A DNA stretch of 64,000 nt from Bacteriovoracaceae bacterium (GTDB lineage: Bacteria; Bdellovibrionota; Bacteriovoracia; Bacteriovoracales; Bacteriovoracaceae), in the NCBI GenBank assembly GCA_048270185.1, contig JBLWTJ010000001.1, positions 1,664,001 through 1,728,000 of the forward strand. The letters run 5' to 3'. The translations under genes and the position numbers were made by a program. Shown here one piece after another: positions 9,266-19,547 of the stretch. Position 1 is the first letter of the stretch, and every line of letters begins with the position of its first letter. Below the pieces are notes generated by a model. That model had not been told where the DNA came from, ran no database searches, and worked only from the letters and a program-made list of their open reading frames with translations.

Positions 9266-10832
9266 AAATCTTACGATAGAAGCAACCGATAGATTCGCGA
9301 TTACGCATTGAAGACTTAACTATTAATGAAGAAACTTCAATAGCATTTCTTAAACCAATAAGACTGTCATCTAACTTACAGCTACGATAGAAGCGTGAAA
9401 CCTCATCATTGATTTCATTAAACATTGCTTGTGCTCTCTTTAATCGATTTGTCGTACGAGAGAGACCAACGTAATTCCACATCGTAAGTTTTAGAGTCAT
9501 CCAATCTTGTTGAACAAGGGCCTTATCGATTGAAGCATACTCTTCCTGCCAATTCTTAATTTGTTCATGAGAGTAGAGATCTTCTTCCCCTACAGTTTCA
9601 GCAATATCCATCGCTGAAATATATCCCCATGTTAAACCTTCAAGAAGTGAAGTTGAGGCGAGGCGGTTTGCTCCATGAAGTCCTGTACAAGAGACTTCTC
9701 CAACAGCGTAGAGATTCTTAATTGAAGTTTGCCCTTTCATATCAACTTTCACTCCACCACAAGTATAGTGTGCAGCAGGAACAACAGGAATTGGCTCTTT
9801 TGTCATATCAACACCGTGATCGAGACAGTGCTTATAAATTGTAGGGAAACGCTCTTTAATCCACTCGCTATCTTTGTGAGAAATATCTAGATAGACACAT
9901 TCGTGTCTTGTCTCAATTGTCTCTTCCATAATTGATCGAGCAACAACATCACGAGGCGCAAGCTCCATCTCAGGATGATATTTCCCCATAAATCTTTCAC
10001 CATTTGAGTTAAGAAGAATACCTCCTTCTCCTCTTACAGCTTCTGAAACTAAGAATCGTCCATGTGAAGATGAATCATAGAATGTCGTTGGGTGGAATTG
10101 AATGAATTCCATATCAATAATATCAGCACCAGCTCTCTTGGCCATGGCGATTCCATCACCACGACTTGCTCCAGAGTTTGAGTGGTGAAGATAGAGTGCT
10201 CCAACACCACCAGTGGCCAAAACAGTTTTCTTGGCCATGGCCTTTACAACTGTTTCTTGATCTTGATTTAAAAGATAGGCTCCAAGAATTTTTCTTTCTT
10301 CATAACGTTGAGAAATTGTAATACCGTGGTGAGAAGCCGTTATCAAATCGATGGCCGTATGTCCTTCTAAGAAGTGAATCGTCGGAAAACGCTCTTTATC
10401 TTTTAAAAGATTTAATAAGCTTATTTGAATCTCTTTTCCCGTATAATCACCACGGTAGAGAATGCGCTCAATCGAATGAGCTGCTTCTTTTGTATATTTT
10501 AAAGTATTATTCTCATCTTTTTCAAAATTAGCACGGGCCATCTCTAGAAGAAGTTCATCAATGGCCTCCTTTCCGTATTTCTTTAAAGTCTCAATGGCCT
10601 TTGGATTTGACGTATTCGATGAAGCAACTTGAATATCGCCAGCTAAATGCTGATCTTCACTGTTAGGATAAATAATTCCACCTTGGGCCCAATACGTATT
10701 TGAGACAAGAGGATCTTTTGCTCGAGTAACAATTCCTACTTTTAGATTAGTTTCTGCAAGCTTTGCAGCTGTTGCAAGACCTGCGATCCCACAACCAAGA
10801 ACGAGAACATCAAAGTCGTACTTATTCAACAC
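9264..10832 (-). CDS. nadB: L-aspartate oxidase
   Basis: GCGIAG, WAQGGI, QFHPT, SEAVRGEG, ELAPRDVV, HYTCGG, GLHGANRLAS. Confidence 0.96.
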   Translation of the reverse strand: MLNKYDFDVLVLGCGIAGLATAAKLAETNLKVGIVTRAKDPLVSNTYWAQGGIIYPNSEDQHLAGDIQVASSNTSNPKAIETLKKYGKEAIDELLLEMARANFEKDENNTLKYTKEAAHSIERILYRGDYTGKEIQISLLNLLKDKERFPTIHFLEGHTAIDLITASHHGITISQRYEERKILGAYLLNQDQETVVKAMAKKTVLATGGVGALYLHHSNSGASRGDGIAMAKRAGADIIDMEFIQFHPTTFYDSSSHGRFLVSEAVRGEGGILLNSNGERFMGKYHPEMELAPRDVVARSIMEETIETRHECVYLDISHKDSEWIKERFPTIYKHCLDHGVDMTKEPIPVVPAAHYTCGGVKVDMKGQTSIKNLYAVGEVSCTGLHGANRLASTSLLEGLTWGYISAMDIAETVGEEDLYSHEQIKNWQEEYASIDKALVQQDWMTLKLTMWNYVGLSRTTNRLKRAQAMFNEINDEVSRFYRSCKLDDSLIGLRNAIEVSSLIVKSSMRNRESIGCFYRKI

Positions 10833-11682
10833 TACCTCTTGCGTACTTTAGAGATAGGTCAACTGCAGGGGCATTATAAGTGAGGGCACCAATGCTAATT
10901 GCATCAACTCCTTCAATTAAATAACTCTCAAGAGTATTTAGACGAACTCCACCAGAAACTTCAAAAGTAACACCTTCTGGTTTTTGTTTAACAGCTTCTT
11001 TAATTTCTTCAGGTGAGAAATTATCAAGCATAATATGACGAACACCCTCGTTTAGAGCAACTTGTAATTCATTAAGATCATGAATTTCAACTTCAATTGG
11101 AGTGTAGAATGAATTCTTTTCTTTAAAGAAATTGATGGCCTCTTTAACTCCACCAAAGAATGTCTTGTGGTTATCTTTAACCATCCACATATCACTTTGA
11201 CCAAAGCGGTGGTTATTCCCTCCCCCTTTGACAACAGCATACTTCTCAAGAGCACGGTAGCCAGGAAGCGTCTTTCTCGTATCAAGAATCTTAATACCTG
11301 AATCAAGTGCAAGAGAAGCATATTGATTTGTATATGTAGCAATTGAAGATGCCCTTTGAATTAGGTTAAGAGCAATACGCTCACCTGTAAGAGCAATTGA
11401 AAATGGTAGCTTAAAAGTAATTTCAGCATTCTCATCTTTTGAATATTTCTGACCTTCATATTTTTTGAAGTCTTCATAATTTAGATCAGCACCTAAGTAA
11501 TTAAATGCTTCAGTAAAATATGGAAGTCCGCAAAGGATCATATCGTCTTTAATTTTTAAGCGGCACTCAACCATGTCACTTGGAAGTGAAGTGATATAGT
11601 TTAAATTTCTACTTAAATCATCTTCTTTAAAATATTCAGCGATTGAATCTTGAATTGCTTTCTTTACTAATAAATTGGCCAT
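10822..11682 (-). CDS. nadC: Nicotinate-nucleotide pyrophosphorylase (carboxylating)
   Basis: DTRKTLPG, HRFG, KDNH, IMLDNF, EVSGG. Confidence 0.96.
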   Translation of the reverse strand: MANLLVKKAIQDSIAEYFKEDDLSRNLNYITSLPSDMVECRLKIKDDMILCGLPYFTEAFNYLGADLNYEDFKKYEGQKYSKDENAEITFKLPFSIALTGERIALNLIQRASSIATYTNQYASLALDSGIKILDTRKTLPGYRALEKYAVVKGGGNNHRFGQSDMWMVKDNHKTFFGGVKEAINFFKEKNSFYTPIEVEIHDLNELQVALNEGVRHIMLDNFSPEEIKEAVKQKPEGVTFEVSGGVRLNTLESYLIEGVDAISIGALTYNAPAVDLSLKYARGSVE

Positions 11683-11788
11683 TTATAACTCCATGTATCT
11701 TTTTAATTACCATTTTCAAATTAGAAAAAAAACACTCAAAAGGGTCAAAAATAGGCTATTTCCATGATTTTTACCCTATATAGACACA

Positions 11789-12748
11789 ATGCGTTTCAAT
11801 ATTATCTTTCTATTCGCTTTTCTACTGATTTCTCCCCTTAGCAACAACTATGACTACAGGCAGCACAAGCCTTCCCCCAAATTCAAATTACCAAGGGGGA
11901 CAAAAGAAAGTTTTCAAAAGAAAGACAACTTCTACTTCTATCGCTCTGTCATCACAGGACAAAAATGGGGACTCAATAAGGAGCTTAAAAAGAAGCTAGG
12001 TCACCTCAATCTAGTGCACCTCATGACACCATCAGGGCTTCATCTAAGCTCTCTCTTGCTTCTATTCTTCTTATTTAGACGAAAGCATCCCATAAGTTCA
12101 AACTATCTGGAACTCATTCTTTGTCTTGGATTATATTTCTTCTTACCTGGCTATTATTCTTTTCGAAGAGTTGCGCTCATTAGAAGCTTCTTCATTCTTA
12201 ATAAAACTTGTGCAACTAATTATTCAAAACAACAAATCTTCCTCTTCTTTATTATGACCGACTTCTGTTTTGGAACTTATCGCTACAGTCCATTATCTTT
12301 CTACTTAAGTGGACTATTCTTGGCCCTCATCTTTTCCATCAAAGAATTTCGCATCTACAAGATGTACTTGCTCTTCTTTGTTGCCCAGCTCTTTATCGCC
12401 CATAAATTTAGTGGTGTGATCTATCCTTCAACAATCCTTATCTCGCCTCTACTAACAAGTCTCTTTACGTTGATTTATCCACTTCTCTTTCTAAACCTCT
12501 TCTTTATCAAGTACTTCAATTTTGCTGAGTGGATAATTGAAGCTTTCACAATGCTTGTCCACACAAGTTTTGAAATAGCTCACACAACAGGCTTCATCCA
12601 TGTAAATTTCTTAATTTTAATTGGAGTTATTATCTACCGCAGACAAACCAAGAAGCATGCCCTGGCCCTAATTACAGTTGGATTAGTTAGTAATTTCCCA
12701 CGAGACAGTCTGGTGATTCTTTTGAGCGAGGTAGGTATTCACTTGTGA
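11789..12748 (+). CDS. ComEC/Rec2-like membrane (Competence) domain protein, short form
   Basis: HLMTPSGLHL motif, multiple TM helices, SFYLS motif. Confidence 0.65.
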   Translation: MRFNIIFLFAFLLISPLSNNYDYRQHKPSPKFKLPRGTKESFQKKDNFYFYRSVITGQKWGLNKELKKKLGHLNLVHLMTPSGLHLSSLLLLFFLFRRKHPISSNYLELILCLGLYFFLPGYYSFRRVALIRSFFILNKTCATNYSKQQIFLFFIMTDFCFGTYRYSPLSFYLSGLFLALIFSIKEFRIYKMYLLFFVAQLFIAHKFSGVIYPSTILISPLLTSLFTLIYPLLFLNLFFIKYFNFAEWIIEAFTMLVHTSFEIAHTTGFIHVNFLILIGVIIYRRQTKKHALALITVGLVSNFPRDSLVILLSEVGIHL

Positions 12749-13354
12749 AAAAGGTTTTGAACCAAAGAAGCCACGATAACTTGATAGAGGTGAAGGATGA
12801 ACAGACTTAATGACTAAGTGCTTTGACTCATCAATATTCTTTCCTTTCTTTTGAGCAGGAGAGCCCCAAAGAATAAAGACGACATTTTCACAATGCTCAT
12901 TAATGGTATCAATAACCTTGGCCGTGAATTTCTCCCAGCCCTTCTTTTGATGAGAGCCGGCTTGCCCCTTACGAACACTTAGACAATTATTTAAAAGAAG
13001 AACTCCTTCTTTTGCCCATTCTTCTAAGAATCCATGATCAGGAATTTTAACTCCTAGATCTTCATTTAATTCTTTATAGATATTCTTAAGTGAAGGTGGA
13101 ATTTTTACTCCCTTTTTCACAGAGAAGCTAAGGCCATGGGCCTGACCTTCACCATGGTAAGGGTCTTGTCCAAGAATAACAACTTTCACCTTATCAAGTG
13201 GAGTAAGGTTTAGGGCCGCAAAGAATTCATTACGACTAGGATAAACATCACCCTCTTCTGAATCTAAGAATTCAGAAAGTTGAATCATGTAATCTTTTTG
13301 GAATTCGTCTTTAAGGAAATTAAGCCAGCTCTTATCATTTAAGAATTCAATCAT
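12683..13354 (-). CDS. ung: Uracil-DNA glycosylase
   Basis: GQDPYH, GVLLLN, HPSPLS. Confidence 0.98.
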   Translation of the reverse strand: MIEFLNDKSWLNFLKDEFQKDYMIQLSEFLDSEEGDVYPSRNEFFAALNLTPLDKVKVVILGQDPYHGEGQAHGLSFSVKKGVKIPPSLKNIYKELNEDLGVKIPDHGFLEEWAKEGVLLLNNCLSVRKGQAGSHQKKGWEKFTAKVIDTINEHCENVVFILWGSPAQKKGKNIDESKHLVIKSVHPSPLSSYRGFFGSKPFSQVNTYLAQKNHQTVSWEITN

Positions 13355-13370
13355 AAGAGCTGGCCTTGTA

Positions 13371-15551
13371 TTAGTAACTTATTAGTTTATTAAGTTGTTC
13401 GTACACATCGGCAACTTGTGGAAGAATGAAATCTTCTGAAGTTGGGCAATAGGCGACGTGTGAGTCTTTTGCAGCAACACGAAGAATTGGAGCATCCAGT
13501 GCTTCAAAGCACTCTTCGTTAACACATGCAGCGATCTCACCAGCAAAACCAGAAGTCTTAGTTTCTTCGTGACAAATAAGAAGACGATTTGTCTTTTCAA
13601 TCGATTTCTTAATTGAATCCATATCAAATGGAGCTAACGTTCGAAGATCGATTACTTCAATTGTCTTTCCAGTTTCAGCCTCAATTTTCTTAGCAGCATC
13701 AATTGATTTTTGAACAAGAGCTCCCCAAGCAACAACAGTTGCATCAGAGCCTTGTTTTGCAATACGAGCTTTACCAAATGGAATCATATATTCTTCACCC
13801 GGATCAGCTGTACGGTTATAACCTTGGTAGTAAAGGTGCTTGTGCTCTAAGAACATAACTGGATCATCTGATCTAATGGCCGTTCTTAAAAGCCCAGCTG
13901 CGTCTGCCGCATTTGATGGGAAAACAACTCTAATACCAGGAATGTGAGTGAATAAAGACTCTCCACATTGTGAGTGATAAATTGATCCACCTCTTAGGTA
14001 TCCACCAATTGGAACACGCACAACCATTGGACACTTAAAGTCTCCACCTGAACGGTAGCGAGTCGTCGCCATCTCGTTCTTAAGTTGCATATAAGCAGTC
14101 CAAATATAATCAAAGAATTGAATTTCAACAACAGGCTTAAGCCCTCTCATTGCCATACCGATTGCACGACCTATGATATTTGCTTCAGCAAGTGGTGAGT
14201 TAAATACTTGTCCTTCAAGAGCTGCTCTTTGAACACCTGAAGAAACCTTAAATACACCACCCTTACCCTTTAGGTCAGGGTTGTTAAGTCTTTCAAGGTC
14301 AGAGAAGTCTGCAACGTCTTCACCAAACATTCTTAGCAGTGGATTCTTTGCGAACTCATTACGAAGAACAGCGTTGATTGCTGAAGCCATTGGCACATCG
14401 TCTTTTCCTTCAAAAGTACCTTGAGTTTCAAAGTCTGAAGAAGTTGGATCAATATCGTGAGAGTATAAATGATCAAGCGCAGTTTCTGGCGCTGGCCATT
14501 CAGTATCAACTGCTTCCTTCATGGCACGTCTTACTTCAATTGTAATTTCTTCAAGAAGATCGTTAACTTCTTTCTCAGTCATTACACCAAGTGCAACTAG
14601 TGTTTTTGGGTATGAATTAAAAACATCAATCTGTTTTTCTTCTGCAAGCTCATCTTTCGTACGATACATTGATTGATCATCTGAAAGAGAGTGCGAGTAT
14701 GGACGAGTAACGTGAGAGTGAAGAAGAACTGGTCCCTTACCTTCTCTAATGTGTTTCGCCGCTTTCTCAGCTGCTTTGTATGATTCAATTGGACAGTTAC
14801 CATCACACTCAATGATCTTTAATCCAGGGAATTCATCAAGAGCTTTTGAAATTGATCCACCAGGAGTTTGCATTGAAGTGATTGTTGAAATGGCATAACC
14901 GTTATCTTCAACGTGGAAAAGAACTGGAAGCTTATTTGCACATGCAGTTGTTAGACCTTCCCAGAACTCTCCTTGAGCGATTGTTCCATCTCCACATGAA
15001 GTGTAAACAACTTCAGCATCTTCAACTAGGAATTTTGAAGTATCGTAATTGTGTTTCTCTTTTAATTCTTTAAGAGCAAGTCCCGCTTCTGCAACACCAC
15101 ATGCTTGAAGAAACTGTGTTCCAGTACATGAAGACTTTTGAACGATATTAAGCTTTACGTTCCCCCAGTGCGCTGGCATCTGACGGCCGTGAGTTGCAGT
15201 ATCGCCAATATTTCCGTTTGCTTGGCAAAGCATTTCGTATGGAGTTACACCAAGACCTGTACATAGAGCTCTGTCACGGTAATATGGAATAAACCAATCG
15301 TGAGCTGGTTTTAAAACTTTTGCTAAAGCTGATAAAACACCCTCGTGTCCTGCACCAGAAATTTGGAAGAACGCTGTTGATTGCTTCTTCATTGTGATTT
15401 CTGCATCGTCTAACTTTCTTGAAACGAAAACGTTACGAAGCATCCATACTAGATCTTCTTTTGAAAGATTGTATTTCTTAATAATTTCTTTTTTCTTATC
15501 GAGTGATTTCTCAGAACCCACTGTTGATCCTTTTGCAGTTTTATCAAGCAT
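13371..15551 (-). CDS. 2-oxoacid (probably branched-chain) dehydrogenase E1, fused alpha/beta
   Basis: GDG...DNGYAIS TPP motif, HSLSDD, GEDVA, EIQFFDY, HSQ; leucine dehydrogenase nearby. Confidence 0.9.
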   Translation of the reverse strand: MLDKTAKGSTVGSEKSLDKKKEIIKKYNLSKEDLVWMLRNVFVSRKLDDAEITMKKQSTAFFQISGAGHEGVLSALAKVLKPAHDWFIPYYRDRALCTGLGVTPYEMLCQANGNIGDTATHGRQMPAHWGNVKLNIVQKSSCTGTQFLQACGVAEAGLALKELKEKHNYDTSKFLVEDAEVVYTSCGDGTIAQGEFWEGLTTACANKLPVLFHVEDNGYAISTITSMQTPGGSISKALDEFPGLKIIECDGNCPIESYKAAEKAAKHIREGKGPVLLHSHVTRPYSHSLSDDQSMYRTKDELAEEKQIDVFNSYPKTLVALGVMTEKEVNDLLEEITIEVRRAMKEAVDTEWPAPETALDHLYSHDIDPTSSDFETQGTFEGKDDVPMASAINAVLRNEFAKNPLLRMFGEDVADFSDLERLNNPDLKGKGGVFKVSSGVQRAALEGQVFNSPLAEANIIGRAIGMAMRGLKPVVEIQFFDYIWTAYMQLKNEMATTRYRSGGDFKCPMVVRVPIGGYLRGGSIYHSQCGESLFTHIPGIRVVFPSNAADAAGLLRTAIRSDDPVMFLEHKHLYYQGYNRTADPGEEYMIPFGKARIAKQGSDATVVAWGALVQKSIDAAKKIEAETGKTIEVIDLRTLAPFDMDSIKKSIEKTNRLLICHEETKTSGFAGEIAACVNEECFEALDAPILRVAAKDSHVAYCPTSEDFILPQVADVYEQLNKLISY

Positions 15552-15667
15552 TTAACGCCCCTTTTTAAGTGGAGCTAGCTTACCAATTTTAGTGCAAAAG
15601 GTGCACATGCTGTGCATTAATTTTGAGGATAATATTTGACGAATTTCAGCTATTTAGAAACTTAGGC

Positions 15668-16759
15668 CTAGAAACCGCTAGAAATTCCTAGCACGTAACG
15701 GCGATCCACTTCCCCACGAAAATCTGAATCGGTTGTATCAACAGCATATGTTGTTAGATCAAACTCCATCTTACGAGTGCGAATACCAATTCCACCAGAA
15801 CCAAAACCATCTCCGTAACCAAGTCTTAAGAAGAAGATGCGACGTAGATCAAATTCCATCCCAAGGCCAAGCTTTCTTTTGAAGTCCACTCCATCATACT
15901 CACCCAAGGCATCTTTGTAATTTAGTTCAAGGTGAACACGTACAGTGCGCCCAAGCTGTGGCGTAAGAGATAATCCTAAGTCGAATGTTTGCTTAATATC
16001 TGCAGGCGCTCCTGCCCCACCAGTACTAGTGAAGCTATCACCTGTTGAGTTGTGACTTGTAATAGCAAGTGTCGGAAGAAAAGTATAAGGCAGTGTAAAA
16101 CGAAAGCCAGAAGTTACAAGAAGCATCTTTCCCTGATTATACTGTGAATCAGGTAGATCTAATGGCAGATCAGGATCTGCTGTTCCTTGAACTTCATTTC
16201 TGAAAAGGTAAGCAACTGAAGCACCAAATTTAACAATTCCTCCAAAGAGAGAGAAGTTAAAAGCAGCGTACGGACCGTGGTCAGAACGTTGTGCATACTC
16301 AAATTGATCACCAGTCTGATCACCGATGAAAGTTCTTTGTTGAACTGAGTATAGGTAGCCAAGTGAAAAGTAGCGAGTTGAGAAATTTGGCATCATCTGA
16401 AAACGTGAATGTGCAATTGTTCCCTTATTTTGGACCAAGAGCTTTCTCGCGCCTTCAAGTGATAAAGCATCAAAGAGATCTGTCGCATTGCCGGTGACAT
16501 CTCCACCAAAGAGCGTCTCCATCCAACCTTTATTTGTTTCAAAGTGGAAATTTGATAAGTGAAAATGTGAGCCGCGATATGTCCCTAAACCAGCTGGGTT
16601 ATAGAAAGCAGCAGAGGCATCATCAACTTTTGCAATAAATGCGTTTCCCATCGCAAGAGCACGTGAAGAGGTAATAACTTCAGGAAAAACTGCGTCTTCA
16701 AATCCAATGGCGAAAATACTGGAGTGAATAAATAGGGCAATAAGAATTAATTTTTTCAC
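15668..16759 (-). CDS. Outer-membrane beta-barrel protein (PorV/FadL/TraF-like N-terminus)
   Basis: Signal peptide, RALAMGNAFIAKVDDASAAFYNPAGL, terminal Phe. Confidence 0.75.
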   Translation of the reverse strand: MKKLILIALFIHSSIFAIGFEDAVFPEVITSSRALAMGNAFIAKVDDASAAFYNPAGLGTYRGSHFHLSNFHFETNKGWMETLFGGDVTGNATDLFDALSLEGARKLLVQNKGTIAHSRFQMMPNFSTRYFSLGYLYSVQQRTFIGDQTGDQFEYAQRSDHGPYAAFNFSLFGGIVKFGASVAYLFRNEVQGTADPDLPLDLPDSQYNQGKMLLVTSGFRFTLPYTFLPTLAITSHNSTGDSFTSTGGAGAPADIKQTFDLGLSLTPQLGRTVRVHLELNYKDALGEYDGVDFKRKLGLGMEFDLRRIFFLRLGYGDGFGSGGIGIRTRKMEFDLTTYAVDTTDSDFRGEVDRRYVLGISSGF

Positions 16760-16822
16760 GTCCTGATTTTACCTTAATTAACTTGCAATATTAACTCATG
16801 GCACAATCTTCCATCCTCATCC

Positions 16823-17034
16823 GGTACACGGATACTTTTCGTGATTCAAGCTAGTTGTGTAATTTCATTTAACTAAAACGGCCTGAATCTAGCTAGATTT
16901 CTCGACAGTATTATAGTTGCTTATAAATGATGAAGCTTAAGTATGTATCTTGCTAATAGTCTCATGTAACGAGTGAGGATTTTTAGGGGAGATGTAGGTT
17001 AAGCGCCTTAAATCACGAAAAGTATCCGCGTACC
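16823..17034. repeat. 28-bp inverted repeat pair (2 mismatches) enclosing 156 bp
   Basis: 16823-16850 GGTACACGGATACTTTTCGTGATTCAAG vs 17007-17034 CTTAAATCACGAAAAGTATCCGCGTACC. Confidence 0.9.
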
Positions 17035-17046
17035 AAAACCCAAAAC

Positions 17047-17069
17047 AAAAAAGGCCCGTAAAACGGGCC
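17047..17069 (-). terminator. Intrinsic terminator of ldh
   Basis: GGCCCGT-TTT-ACGGGCC followed by a U-tract on the minus strand. Confidence 0.85.
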
Positions 17070-17094
17070 CTTATGGATATATTTTATTTAAAAT

Positions 17095-18201
17095 CTATCT
17101 TTTCTTACGTCCTGGAAATCTGTGTCCTACGTGACCTAGGAACTTCCCTTGGATATTCTTGATTGACTCAATTCTTGACTCAGCAAGGATATCTGTCGCT
17201 TGATAAACAGGGATATCTTGTTCTTCAGAGATTTGGAAAATCTTCATTGTAGTATCATAGATTGTATCAACCATTCTGATAGCTTTATCTTCTGACCAAC
17301 CTTCGAATTCAATCGATACGTTCATAAGACCACCAGCATTGATTAGGTAATCTGGAGCGTATAGGATTCCTTTTTCTTTAAGAATTTTCCCATGACGATT
17401 TTCTGCAAGTTGGTTATTAGCTGCACCAGCTACAATTTTACACTGTAGACGGTCAATTGTGTCGTCATTGATTGTTGCACCAAGTGCGCATGGAGCATAG
17501 ATATCCATTTTTACATCGTAGATCTCATCGATTCCAACTACTTTTGCATTTGGAACTTTCTCTTTGAAAAGTTCGATATTCTTTTCATTGATATCACAAA
17601 CGTAGATTTCTGCACCTTCGTTGTATAAGTACTCACCTAGATAGCGACCAACAGATCCTGCACCTTGAAGAGCAACAACTTTCCCCTTTGGAGAACGGTT
17701 TCCATAAACTTTCATACATGCTGCTTCGATACCTCTGAAAACACCACGAGCTGTCCATGGAGATGGGTTACCTGAACCACCGTGGATCTCAGCAACACCT
17801 GCTACGTTATTAGTTTCAGTAAATACGTGTTCAATATCATCAACACCAATATTTACATCTTCAGCTGTAATATAACGACCATTTAAAGACTCTAGGAAAC
17901 GTCCGTATGAACGAAATAGTGCTTCTGACTTATCTTTTTCAGGGTCTCCGATAATAACGGCTTTACCACCACCAAGATTAAGACCAGAGACAGCTGCTTT
18001 ATAAGTCATCCCTTTTGATAGTCTTAGAACATCATTGATAGCTTCATCTTCTGATTTATATGGCCACATTCTCGTCCCACCAAGTGCTGGTCCTAGAACT
18101 GTGTTGTGAATCGCAACGATTGCCTTTAGGTTACAACTTGGATCACTGAAAAAGATAACTTCTTCGTGTCCGTCTTTGTATAGTCTCTCAAAGCTAGGCA
18201 T
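17095..18201 (-). CDS. ldh: Leucine dehydrogenase (Glu/Leu/Phe/Val family)
   Basis: GPALGGTR, MTYK, GGGKAV, TAEDV, GAANNQL, PDYLINAGG. Confidence 0.92.
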   Translation of the reverse strand: MPSFERLYKDGHEEVIFFSDPSCNLKAIVAIHNTVLGPALGGTRMWPYKSEDEAINDVLRLSKGMTYKAAVSGLNLGGGKAVIIGDPEKDKSEALFRSYGRFLESLNGRYITAEDVNIGVDDIEHVFTETNNVAGVAEIHGGSGNPSPWTARGVFRGIEAACMKVYGNRSPKGKVVALQGAGSVGRYLGEYLYNEGAEIYVCDINEKNIELFKEKVPNAKVVGIDEIYDVKMDIYAPCALGATINDDTIDRLQCKIVAGAANNQLAENRHGKILKEKGILYAPDYLINAGGLMNVSIEFEGWSEDKAIRMVDTIYDTTMKIFQISEEQDIPVYQATDILAESRIESIKNIQGKFLGHVGHRFPGRKKR

Positions 18202-18304
18202 TCTTTATCTCCTTAAAAGTTTGCAATAATTACCTGAATTTACGCAGGGATTAATAGTGCTACAATAGTGAAAAGAACAATAAACTTTCAAGGGTGAAAA
18301 CTGT

Positions 18305-18613
18305 ATGCACAGAGTGTCATTAATTGATGAAAACGGACAAAGTACTGAATTTAATATTGAAGAAGGACAGACAATTTTTGATGCAGTACAAGATCAAGGG
18401 CATACTCTCCCACACGGTTGCCTAAGTGGCTCTTGCGGATCATGCCGAATTCAAATTATTGAAGGTGTGGAAAACCTCAAAAAGCCTGGAATCATCGAAG
18501 AGAACACTATAGAGGCCATTACAGACGAGCACCCAGAAGTAAGTGAGGGTGGAATTCGCCTCGCATGCCGTGCAAAAGTAACCGGTGACGTTAAAATTGC
18601 CCCTCTAAAATAA
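18305..18613 (+). CDS. 2Fe-2S ferredoxin
   Basis: CLSGSCGSC...RLAC. Confidence 0.93.
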   Translation: MHRVSLIDENGQSTEFNIEEGQTIFDAVQDQGHTLPHGCLSGSCGSCRIQIIEGVENLKKPGIIEENTIEAITDEHPEVSEGGIRLACRAKVTGDVKIAPLK

Positions 18614-19547
18614 GATGAATCAGCGCGCGAAAGTGCTTCTTGCGATCAAATCTCCAAGACTCATTCTCGTCTTTAATAAATTCAAGATTACCCTGATCTA
18701 AAACTGTCGCTAAATGATCGACATCATTGATAATAATGTGTCTATAATTTTCAAGTAGAGATGATTTTAGATCAACCATTCCATCATTTTTTCCTGCGCG
18801 ATCGAGAATAAAATTTCGACTAATTTCAAGTAGGGTTTCTCTCCCCTCAAGGTCATTGATATAGGTAATGAATTGCAGATAATTCAATTCTCCAAGAATT
18901 TTGTTAATTTTGGCGTGATTATCTTTCATGTACTTCACTCTCTCGTCAGTACCAACAGAAGAGAGACCAGATTGTTCTCCACCGAGAATTGAGAAAAGCC
19001 AGCCCATAACATTATTAGTAATTGTTCCTTCTAAGAAGTAATCTGCAAGAACAGATCCTCGATAAGGTGACTGCATCGAAACCCAACCAACAACTCGATT
19101 TGCCATTTCAGGATGATTCACAAGCACCTCAAGAAACTCGAGTCCTCCTTTGGAGTGGCTTATAACAAGAACCTTACCATCAATCTTATCGAGTTCTTTT
19201 TTGATATATATTGCATTCTTATCAACAGGGTTTTCTGATTCAACCACAATACGCTTATATGGAAGCTTTAGTTCATCAAGAGTATTCATATAATCATGAA
19301 AGTAATCTCCCATGAAATAGGAAAGATTTAGTAGCTGACCAGAATTGGCTATGGCCGACTGAGAGAGAATTCCAGGAAGAAAGACTATTGTTAAATCTTT
19401 AAGTTTCTTTAATTCTTCTTGTGAGAATTCTTTTTTGACTTGGTAGATACTCTTATATTGAGCAGTTTGGTTTCGTGCCCAAGCTGCCTTAAAATTAAAG
19501 ACAGCTAGAACACAAATAAGGATTAAGCTAGACCTAGTGAAGTTAAT
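18591..19547 (-). CDS. Secreted alpha/beta hydrolase (lipase-like); start uncertain (ATT 19547 or ATG 19313)
   Basis: SHSKGG nucleophile, NDGMV, DH; frame stays open upstream and encodes IVFLPGI plus a signal-like peptide. Confidence 0.75.
   Translation of the reverse strand: MNFTRSSLILICVLAVFNFKAAWARNQTAQYKSIYQVKKEFSQEELKKLKDLTIVFLPGILSQSAIANSGQLLNLSYFMGDYFHDYMNTLDELKLPYKRIVVESENPVDKNAIYIKKELDKIDGKVLVISHSKGGLEFLEVLVNHPEMANRVVGWVSMQSPYRGSVLADYFLEGTITNNVMGWLFSILGGEQSGLSSVGTDERVKYMKDNHAKINKILGELNYLQFITYINDLEGRETLLEISRNFILDRAGKNDGMVDLKSSLLENYRHIIINDVDHLATVLDQGNLEFIKDENESWRFDRKKHFRALIHLILEGQF

Noticed and set aside
13371..15551. E1 alpha-beta fusion as a novelty
   Set aside because: Fused E1 subunits are well known in several phyla
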